Assembly (NCBI GenBank): GCA_031288835.1
Contig: JAITQO010000016.1
Span: 8,167-72,166 of the forward strand
Origin: Rickettsiales bacterium
GTDB taxonomy: Bacteria; Pseudomonadota; Alphaproteobacteria; Rs-D84
DNA length: 64,000 nt
Reading direction: 5' to 3'
Part shown: positions 1 through 7,047 of the stretch, one piece after another
Layout of the letters: each line of letters begins with the position of its first letter
Position numbering within the stretch: position 1 is the stretch's first letter
Program-made: the position numbers and the translations under genes
The notes under the pieces: model-generated
The model's input: the letters and a program-made list of their open reading frames with translations, nothing else
Told to the model about the DNA's origin: nothing
Databases searched by the model: none

Positions 1-959
1 GAGGCGTGAACAGTTTGTATGTGTCCGCGGACGGCAAGGAGCTGGTGTCGGAAAGAACCGGAATCTCCGCGGCGAAACTGCCGCTTGCGCTGGCCAGGCA
101 TTCGACCGTTTCCGACATGCTGGCGGACAGGCTTGGAAAACGCATGAACGACGACCTGCGACTAGACCCGACCGGCGTGTATGCGGCGGCCGGGCTGCAG
201 TTATCGAACAAGCTGTCGTCGCGCGCGGCCGCGTTCGGCGCCGATGTCGGCAAGCATGGATTTTTCGTCGCCGGGTTGCAGTTCAATGTCGAGAATATGA
301 AAACATCCGGCGAGTTGGCCGAATTGGATTCCGCCGGAATAGGGCTGGACGCGTATGCCGGGTTTTATATGCTCGGCGGATTCCGCATTTACGCGAACGT
401 AGGCGCCGAAACGCTGTCATACTCGCATTCCCGCGTTGTCGACGGCGCCCTGTATGGCGCGGAATACAAGGGCAGGGTCATGCGCATGGGCGCCGCGGCG
501 TCGCGTCCGATATCGTTCAATTACGGGCGGTTTGTCGCGACGCCGGGAGTGTCCGTCGGGCAAATAAACCTGTCCGTCGGCGGAGCCGAGGAAATCGGTT
601 CGACGGAGAACAAATACGCGCTCGGCTTCGCGCCGCAGGAATACGGAATGCGGAATTGGGCGGCGGGAATAGATTTTTCGTATAATCCGCGCCGCGGGCT
701 GTCGTATGATTGCGTCGTCCGTTACCGCAAGTGGATTGACGAAAACGCCGTCGCCGCGCGGGTCTGGTTTGTCGAAGACAAGGATAAAAGCGCGCTTGAT
801 ATTTCGGAAGAGGCGGACGGAATGGACGCGCTGATTTTGGGATTCGGCATTTCGTCTGGGTGGACGAATTGGACGCAATTCGCGGGCAGGTATAAAATCA
901 TAATAGGCGAGTGGGCGGCGATTCACAATCTCTCCGCGAGCATATCGATAAAGTTCTAG
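1..959 (+). CDS. autotransporter-like outer-membrane beta-barrel domain protein, 5' end cut by window edge
   Basis: ORF 6..959 stays open to the window edge. It has an amphipathic beta-strand pattern, is Gly/Ala/Tyr-rich, and ends ...SASISIKF (C-terminal aromatic residue typical of OMP/autotransporter barrels). TAG stop at 957..959. Confidence 0.55.
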   Translation, partial: GVNSLYVSADGKELVSERTGISAAKLPLALARHSTVSDMLADRLGKRMNDDLRLDPTGVYAAAGLQLSNKLSSRAAAFGADVGKHGFFVAGLQFNVENMKTSGELAELDSAGIGLDAYAGFYMLGGFRIYANVGAETLSYSHSRVVDGALYGAEYKGRVMRMGAAASRPISFNYGRFVATPGVSVGQINLSVGGAEEIGSTENKYALGFAPQEYGMRNWAAGIDFSYNPRRGLSYDCVVRYRKWIDENAVAARVWFVEDKDKSALDISEEADGMDALILGFGISSGWTNWTQFAGRYKIIIGEWAAIHNLSASISIKF

Positions 960-1043
960 GGGCGTTCTTTATTTTTAGAACATATGGAAATTATCCGCGG
1001 GCGACAAAAGTGCGATTCCGCGCTTTTTTTAACCTCGGTTTTG

Positions 1044-1052
1044 TGGTATAAT
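1044..1052 (+). promoter_or_regulatory. extended -10 box TGgTATAAT upstream of OMP gene
   Basis: tgtggtataat; TATAAT at 1047..1052, 11 nt before ATG 1064. The same TGgTATAAT box occurs before the paralogous OMP gene at 35318..35326. Confidence 0.45.
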
Positions 1053-1063
1053 ATGATGAAAGA

Positions 1064-2245
1064 ATGTGGAGCGAGTTGTATATAAAAGCCAAGATTTTCG
1101 CGGTATTCATAGGATTGTCCATACTGTCGCGGACGCCCGCCTTCGCCGCGTATCCGATAAACGGATATCAGGCCCCCGCCCAATACGGACAACCCGCGCA
1201 GGTGCAGCAGCCGATTCAATACGCCCAGCAGATTCAATATCAGCAGCCCCAGGCTGCGGTTCCGGCGCAGTCGGGGGGGCAGTATATTCCGGTCAGCCAA
1301 GTCGCGCGCTATCCGCAGGCGGCGTCGCCCGGACGCGTAACCGGCTCGCTGCCGAAGGTTGGCAGCTCGTATGTGAACGCCGGCCGCAAGTATTATCAGC
1401 CCGAAGGATTCGACAGGTTGTCGGACAGCGGATTGTATGTCGGTTTGTCGCTTGGCTATACGTATTCGATAAACGGCGGCATGATTGCGAAATACATGAA
1501 CGAAGACAAGGCGTGGTTTGTTCCGGGCGCGTTCCAGAAGGCGAAGTTCAAGCACAACAGCGTTCTGCCGCTTCAGATTTCCGTCGGCGCGGCGCTTAAC
1601 AACGACGTGCGCGTGGACTTTTCGTATCTGCGGTATTCCGGCATATCCTATCCGGGCACGGCGCAGACGTCGAACGGCGCGGGCGGATTCATCGATGTGA
1701 CCGTGACCGACGGCCGTGTTTCCAGCACGGCGACGATGCTGAACCTGTATTATAACCTGGATTCGTATACGGGGGTGCTGGCGAGCGGCTCGCTGCGCCC
1801 GTATGTCGGGGTCGGCCTCGGAATCAGCATAAACACGATTTCCGATTATGTGGTTTTTGATAAGAATTTTTACAGCGCGGACGGTGTTGACGAGAATATG
1901 ACATATCCGTTGGGCACGGTGACCGGGACATCGGATATCTACGCGTATCATTCCGGCGGAACGGCCGAACAGCTCGCATATGCCGTCGAAGGCGGCGTCA
2001 CGACGGAACTGGATGGCGGATTGAAGCTGGATTTCTTTGTCCGGTGGGCGTATCTCGGAAAGGTCGAATCGAGCGGCAGCATCGTTCTTTCGCAGACGGA
2101 ATGGGTATCCAACGGCTCGGCGCCAATCAACCAGGGGGGCGAGCAGCAGGCGGAATACGACGCCGTGTTCCATTACACCAATTGGAAAGAAAGCGGCAGC
2201 CTCAACGCCCTTGACATGGGGGTCAGGATGAGGATACAATTCTAA
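1064..2245 (+). CDS. outer-membrane beta-barrel protein with Q/Y/P-rich N-terminal low-complexity region
   Basis: Signal peptide ...IFAVFIGLSILSRTPAFA/AYP, then QYGQPAQVQQPIQYAQQIQYQQPQ. The strand-rich C-terminal part ends MGVRMRIQF. Start is ambiguous: ATG 1064, or TTG 1076 preceded by GGAG. Confidence 0.7.
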   Translation: MWSELYIKAKIFAVFIGLSILSRTPAFAAYPINGYQAPAQYGQPAQVQQPIQYAQQIQYQQPQAAVPAQSGGQYIPVSQVARYPQAASPGRVTGSLPKVGSSYVNAGRKYYQPEGFDRLSDSGLYVGLSLGYTYSINGGMIAKYMNEDKAWFVPGAFQKAKFKHNSVLPLQISVGAALNNDVRVDFSYLRYSGISYPGTAQTSNGAGGFIDVTVTDGRVSSTATMLNLYYNLDSYTGVLASGSLRPYVGVGLGISINTISDYVVFDKNFYSADGVDENMTYPLGTVTGTSDIYAYHSGGTAEQLAYAVEGGVTTELDGGLKLDFFVRWAYLGKVESSGSIVLSQTEWVSNGSAPINQGGEQQAEYDAVFHYTNWKESGSLNALDMGVRMRIQF

Positions 2246-2301
2246 GTACGGGCATGCAAGGCCGCCAAGGCGGCTTGCGGGGCAATAATAAAGGAAAAAT
2301 C

Positions 2302-2724
2302 ATGAAACAATTTTTTATATTCGTTTTGACTCTTGGTCTTGGCATCGGAATCGGATGGTTCGTTAACAGTTATTGCAACCGTCCGTGCCTTGCGCTGGAA
2401 AAGCATATAATGGAGAGTTACGGGTTTGCCGACGGCGCGCGCATAGATTCCGACGACGCCGTGCAGAAGCTGCAGGTTGCCAGAATGTATGCGAATCTGG
2501 CGGACAACGGATGCCCCGAGCATCGCAAGGAATACAGGCAGCGCGCCGAGGTGATTGTAAAGTCTCTGTCGATTCAGGGGCCGGTCGGAATCAATTCCGA
2601 AATCAAAATCGACATGAACAAGGTGTCCGAGGCGGTGAATGCCGCCACCGAGAAGGCGGTTGAGGCGGTCGGAAGCTTCCTTGATAAAATGAAAGACACC
2701 AAGGTCAGCATCACGGTGGAATAA
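2302..2724 (+). CDS. small membrane-anchored hypothetical protein
   Basis: ATG 2302 preceded by aaaggaaaaa. N-terminal TM/signal segment MKQFFIFVLTLGLGIGIGWFV. The longer track ORF (2254) adds an unlikely Arg/Gly leader. Confidence 0.55.
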   Translation: MKQFFIFVLTLGLGIGIGWFVNSYCNRPCLALEKHIMESYGFADGARIDSDDAVQKLQVARMYANLADNGCPEHRKEYRQRAEVIVKSLSIQGPVGINSEIKIDMNKVSEAVNAATEKAVEAVGSFLDKMKDTKVSITVE

Positions 2725-2843
2725 ATCCGGTTGGCCCTTCGGCGCCGCAACGGAATGACGATATCTTTGTTATTATCCGCCCCTACAAAACTAATGGTCG
2801 GTCGGTAATTAGTTGCTAACTTTCCCATACTTCAATACCCAAG

Positions 2844-3016
2844 AACAGGGTAAAAACAGGGAAAATCGCGCTTTTCTGCAGGGTGTTGCCCTGCGTCCAA
2901 TCACTTGCGACCACCGGAATTCTAGCACATTCCGATACTCAGTCAATGAAAAACAGCGAAAAAGAACAGGGAAAAAATTTCGCGGAACAGGGAAACCTTT
3001 TCCGAAAACAGGGAAA
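2844..3016 (+). repeat. iteron-like phased repeats, 5 copies of AACAGGG(A/T)AA
   Basis: Copies start at 2844, 2855, 2965, 2986 and 3007 (spacings 11, 110, 21, 21 bp), plus a degenerate copy AACAGCGAAA at 2952. They lie in an AT-rich non-coding stretch next to a DnaA-box-like TTATCCGCC (2773..2781). Confidence 0.6.
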
Positions 3017-3271
3017 GGTATAAAACCGCCTTCAAAAAATCCCCAACCTTATATATTCAATTTTTTGGCCGAGAAATTAAGTGGATTTGCTTATTTTTGC
3101 AAAAATAATTTTCCCTTAAATGACTTGCTATTAGACGCGAAGTAATTTAAAATTGTCGGGAATCTAGACGGAAATCTAGGTTCGGGGCTGTTGTAAGCCC
3201 AATCACTGCGGTGCGGTTTCGCATCGTTAAAATGATGTGATGGTGCGAATGCCGCGCCGTTATATCCCCGA

Positions 3272-3283
3272 TTATGGTCGGGG
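3272..3283. repeat. left copy of 12-bp direct repeat TTATGGTCGGGG (putative att core)
   Basis: Identical 12-mer at 18383..18394, where it overlaps the 3' end of tRNA-Pro. Locally it forms the dyad CCCCGA-ttatgg-TCGGGG (3266..3283). Confidence 0.6.
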
Positions 3284-3406
3284 AGCCGAAGGTTATATAA
3301 TAGGAGCAATCCGAAAGCCACGGAATCTATCAGTGATTGATTTACAAACTCCCCGACCACCAGTTTTCCGGCTGGTGGTTGAACCATATAACAAGGGAGT
3401 AAAAAA

Positions 3407-3700
3407 ATGGCAGATTTCAAATTTGACGGCAGAGACCTTTATGACCGCAAACGTGTTAGCAACGTTGCCAAAATGGTCGGAAATCATATTAGCGTAAAAG
3501 GACAATATGTTGCCGACATCGATGGAAAATATATCCGTATCAAAGGCCGCAGGGTGGCAGAGTGGGACGGCAAGACCATTCGGATAAACGGACGTAGCGT
3601 TGCCGATGAAAGACAAATCGAAAGAGATATAGATTGTCGGGACGTGGATATGAATACCATCGCCATGTGGGTGGTTATGAACACAATTCTTGCGGAGTAA
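3407..3700 (+). CDS. small repeat protein (beta-hairpin repeats; resembles what I recall as '4-fold beta flower' proteins)
   Basis: SD aagggag 8 nt upstream. Internal repeats: VKGQYVADIDGKYIRIKGRRVAEWDGKTIRINGRSVAD. First gene of a tightly packed operon. Confidence 0.6.
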   Translation: MADFKFDGRDLYDRKRVSNVAKMVGNHISVKGQYVADIDGKYIRIKGRRVAEWDGKTIRINGRSVADERQIERDIDCRDVDMNTIAMWVVMNTILAE

Positions 3701-3703
3701 AAA

Positions 3704-3922
3704 ATGGCATCTTGTATAATATCGTCGGGAATGAAAGTCTGCGCGACCTGCGCGTTTTGGTCTGGCGACCGAAAACTCAACGGATTTTTGCGACGTGTGG
3801 AAGTGCAAAGCGGCAACACGAAAGGCACTTGTCAAAGCGGAGGGCGAAATAGGTTTAATACGAATGCAATGGCTCATTGCCCCGACTATGAAACGCACCC
3901 CGTGTTGATGAAAAGGAAATAA
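3704..3922 (+). CDS. small Cys-rich protein (possible zinc-binding)
   Basis: Starts 3 nt after the previous stop. CxxxxxxxxCxxC...C...C pattern (C4, C13, C16, C43, C59). Confidence 0.5.
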   Translation: MASCIISSGMKVCATCAFWSGDRKLNGFLRRVEVQSGNTKGTCQSGGRNRFNTNAMAHCPDYETHPVLMKRK

Positions 3923-3924
3923 AT

Positions 3925-5178
3925 ATGCAAATAAATATCCGGCGCGGCGCGGACACGATAGGCGGAACGGCGGTAGAACTGACCGCCAACAATGGGGACA
4001 GGATTATCCTTGACCTTGGTCTGCCTTTGGATGCGGAAGAAAATACCGCCGCATTATTGCCGGATATAAAAGGACTGACGGCCAAGATTCCCGACTTGAA
4101 AGGTTTATTCATCTCTCATTCGCACCAAGACCATTTCTCGCTCGGCAAACATATAGACCCTGCGATTCCGATTTATATGGGCAAGGCCGTCGACACAATA
4201 ATCAAAGCAACGGCGGACTATTTGACCAAGGCAAAAGAAGCACTGCCCGATTTGGAACTTCCGGAAATGTTCTCGTTCAAGAATGTCAGACATATCGAGG
4301 GTTTTGTTCCTGTACAAGTCGGCGCGTTCAAGGTCACGCCATATCCTGTCAACCATGCCGCCTATGAATCATTCGCGTTCTTGGTAGAGGCGGATGGCAA
4401 GAGGATTTTCTATACTGGCGACTTCCGCAATCATGGGCGCACGAACAAGCGCACGGAGCATTTAATATCCAATCCGCCATCGGACATCGATGTCTTGCTG
4501 ATGGAGGGGTCAAGCATAGAACGTCTGAATCCGGACGAGCATTTTGAGACGGAAGAGGAATTGGAAAAGCGCATGGCGGAAGTGTTCCGCAATACTCGCG
4601 GTCTGTGCATGGCTCATTCGTCCTCGCAAAATATAGACCGCATTGTCACGATTTATCGCGCCGCCAAATAGACGGGCAGGATTTTGGTCATGGCAAGCTA
4701 TACCGGATTCATTCTGATGAAATTGCAGAATGAAAATCTGCCGAGCTTCACATGGGATGATGTCAAGAAACTGATTGATAAGACTCACGGCAGAAAGCAC
4801 GAAATCATTCCCGAATATATCGAATCCATGACAAGGGTCGGGAACTTCAAATACGTCTATGTCATCGGGCGCGGCGGCCTGCCGTGGCTTGAACGATGCG
4901 GATTGCTTAATCCGGACGCGCACTATATCTATTCCATGTGGTCGGGATACAAAGACAAACTGGCCAAGGAGGTCGTAGATAAAATGCGCGAGCGCGGCGT
5001 TCCCATGACCGACACAAGCGGCCATGCGGACGTTCCGACCTTGCGCCGATTTGTAGAGGCGATAAAGCCGAAAGTACTTGTCCCGATACATACTTTCCAC
5101 CCCGACCAATTCCCCGACTTGTTCGGCGAATATGCCAAGGTGGAACTTCTTAATAACAACGAGCCATGGGAGGTATAA
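3925..5178 (+). pseudogene. beta-CASP-type MBL-fold metallo-hydrolase/nuclease interrupted by one in-frame TAG
   Basis: ORFs 3925..4671 and 4684..5178 are in the same frame, separated only by TAG 4669..4671 (...IYRAAK*TGRILVMASYTG...). The N-part has HxHxDH (ISHSHQDH). The C-part has TSGHADVPTLRRFVEAIKPKVLVPIHT, resembling beta-CASP motifs B/C. Confidence 0.7.
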
Positions 5179-5179
5179 G

Positions 5180-5539
5180 ATGGTTGAAAAATTATTCAAT
5201 GGAAGAACGGAAAAAATAGTTCCCCTTATGGATTTATTCTTATCCGCCCGCGATGAATTAGAAACGGCGGTCGATGAAAGAAAACCTGTGGACGCGCACA
5301 ATACCCTTCTACACGTGGTGGAATTCTTGGGCGAATCCGAAACCCTTTTCAAAGGCGAGTCTTGGGAAAGCATGATGGTCAAGACCCGCGAAGATATCAA
5401 AAAGTGCTTGGATAAATTTTCCGCCGACTATGCCAATAAAGATACCGCAAGTAAAGCCCTTGATTATCTGTTGGGAACGGCGGACGAGTACGTAGAGAAA
5501 TTATACGATGTGAGGCATTCCCTCGAAAAAATTATATAA
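5180..5539 (+). CDS. hypothetical helical protein (119 aa)
   Basis: ATG 5180 lies 1 nt after the MBL stop and is preceded by ggagg. The track ORF 5078 overlaps the upstream gene and is unlikely to be the start. Confidence 0.55.
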   Translation: MVEKLFNGRTEKIVPLMDLFLSARDELETAVDERKPVDAHNTLLHVVEFLGESETLFKGESWESMMVKTREDIKKCLDKFSADYANKDTASKALDYLLGTADEYVEKLYDVRHSLEKII

Positions 5540-5557
5540 ATAAAAAAGGAGAAAACG

Positions 5558-6559
5558 ATGGCGGCCAAGAAGAAAGAAAAAACGACTACACTGCAAAAGC
5601 AAGCGATACCGCGAACCATATCGAACAAGTTCATTTATGACCTTGGCAATCCGGAGGGGATTTTGTATCCGATTTTCGAGTATGCGCGGGATGACGAAGA
5701 GCTGTCGATTCAAATCCGCGATGGTTATGTGAATGTCTATTACCTCGGCGGAAGTATGCTCTGCATTTGGGCAAGCGGCGATAAATACATCGCCACGCAA
5801 GACTCGAACTATCTTAAAGGAACAAAGGTGTCGGCCAAAGAGGAAATTAAAACCTCGGTCGATGCCTCCTCGGTCGCATGGTCGTTCAAACAACGCAAAG
5901 ATGCCATGAAGAAAAAACTCGAAACCAAGAATACGGACGAGAAAATCTTTCAGCAGAAATTGTATAACGCGAACCGCAAAGGCGGGCTTGTGGTCGTGGA
6001 CACCGAAGTCCAAATCCCAGGCGATGTGTGCGAGTTCCTTTACAAGCTAGAACCGAAAGTCCGCCATCCGCGCTTTGACATGGTTGGGCTGTCCAAGATG
6101 GAAAACGGCAAATACCGCCCCGTGCTGATTGAAAATAAATGGGGGACGAAAGCCCTCTATGGCAAGGACGGGGTCGAAGACCATGCAAGGGATATGCTCC
6201 GGTTCGTGCGCTCGCGCTTTTGGGCATATTATATGGACGAATTGGAGGAACAGGCCGCGCAGTTGCAACGGCTTGGGCTGATAGAATTGGACAGATTCTT
6301 CTGCATCGACCGCGAGGAATATCCGGAGATGATGTTCGTCCTTGGGGATTCCAAAATGGAGTTGAAAGAATTGGAAGCCATGCGGGACAAGATGGTGGCC
6401 ACCATCAAAAAGGAAAAGAAAAAGCCGTCATGGATAGGATATAATCTGACCATCAGTGCGCTGACGAAATCGGCCACCAAGGATGATTACGCGATAGGCA
6501 TGAACTCTCGCACCCGCAAACCTTGGCTGACCGCCGCCATATCTGTCGGACAATCATGA
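5558..6559 (+). CDS. PD-(D/E)xK-like nuclease-fold protein (hypothetical)
   Basis: SD aaggag before the ATG. Candidate catalytic pattern ...DTEVQ...RFDMVGLSKMENGKYRPVLIENKWG (D...ExK). Last gene of the plus-strand operon, convergent with vsr. Confidence 0.5.
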   Translation: MAAKKKEKTTTLQKQAIPRTISNKFIYDLGNPEGILYPIFEYARDDEELSIQIRDGYVNVYYLGGSMLCIWASGDKYIATQDSNYLKGTKVSAKEEIKTSVDASSVAWSFKQRKDAMKKKLETKNTDEKIFQQKLYNANRKGGLVVVDTEVQIPGDVCEFLYKLEPKVRHPRFDMVGLSKMENGKYRPVLIENKWGTKALYGKDGVEDHARDMLRFVRSRFWAYYMDELEEQAAQLQRLGLIELDRFFCIDREEYPEMMFVLGDSKMELKELEAMRDKMVATIKKEKKKPSWIGYNLTISALTKSATKDDYAIGMNSRTRKPWLTAAISVGQS

Positions 6560-7021
6560 GCGTTTTATCCCAAGAAAGTCGCACAGCCGAGACAATAACG
6601 ACTGACGGCTGTGCGGAAACAAAGGGCGGAGCTTCTTAAGAAGTTTCGCCCTGTTTTTATTTTTCAGCTCGCATTCCCAAACACGAATCACGCGCCATCC
6701 TTTGGATTGCAGGATTTTCGAAACTTCAAGGTCGCGTTGTTTGTTACGGGCGATTTTGGGAGTCCAATATCTCTTGTGCGTTTTTGGCGTATTAGTCCGG
6801 CAGTCATGGCCGTGCCAAAAACACCCGTCCGCAAAAACCGCGATTTTTAACTTCGGGAACACGAAATCCGGCTTGCCGATTATCTTAAACCCGCGCCGCC
6901 ATCCCTTAATTCCAAGTTCCCGGAACACGGCCGCGAGTTTTAATTCCGTAGACGCATTGTTCTTTGAACGAACGCGACTCATAACCCACGATCGAGTTTC
7001 TTTGTCCAAGATATCAGCCAT
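6554..7021 (-). CDS. vsr: very-short-patch repair endonuclease
   Basis: TRSWVMSRVRSKNNASTE...GKPDFVFPKLKIAVFADGCFWHGHDC...YWTPKIARNKQRD...GWRVIRVWECEL matches the Vsr signature. SD aagga 7 nt upstream. Confidence 0.9.
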   Translation of the reverse strand: MADILDKETRSWVMSRVRSKNNASTELKLAAVFRELGIKGWRRGFKIIGKPDFVFPKLKIAVFADGCFWHGHDCRTNTPKTHKRYWTPKIARNKQRDLEVSKILQSKGWRVIRVWECELKNKNRAKLLKKLRPLFPHSRQSLLSRLCDFLGIKRS

Positions 7022-7047
7022 GGCGAATCCTTAAATCCAAGAGCATT

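Noticed and set aside
956-2239. 427-aa minus-strand ORF covering the whole OMP gene. There are similar long ORFs at 18581..19822, 22689..23903, 24091..25263, 29889..31418, 35644..36570, 40165..41088, 54313..55362 and 58849..59943.
   Set aside because: All lie antisense to genes with clear motifs. Their Arg/Pro/Gly/His-rich low-information translations are typical of shadow ORFs in GC-rich DNA, and they lack SD or promoter context.
2813-3145. 110-aa ORF across the iteron region.
   Set aside because: Its repetitive TGK/NRE content merely mirrors the DNA iterons. There is no SD, and the low-complexity translation ends in an AT-rich tract.
3351-3378. CCCCGACCA (an inverted copy of the tRNA-Pro 3' end) followed by hairpin CCACCAG-ttttccgg-CTGGTGG, considered as a tRNA fragment or second att site.
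   Set aside because: Only 9 nt match and no further tRNA-like structure is present. It may simply be part of the leader of the 3407 operon. It is recorded but not called.
4669-4671. In-frame TAG as evidence for an alternative genetic code or pyrrolysine.
   Set aside because: TAG terminates several clearly real genes in the same window (959, 25849, 37867, 51541). No pyl genes or other in-frame TAGs were noticed.
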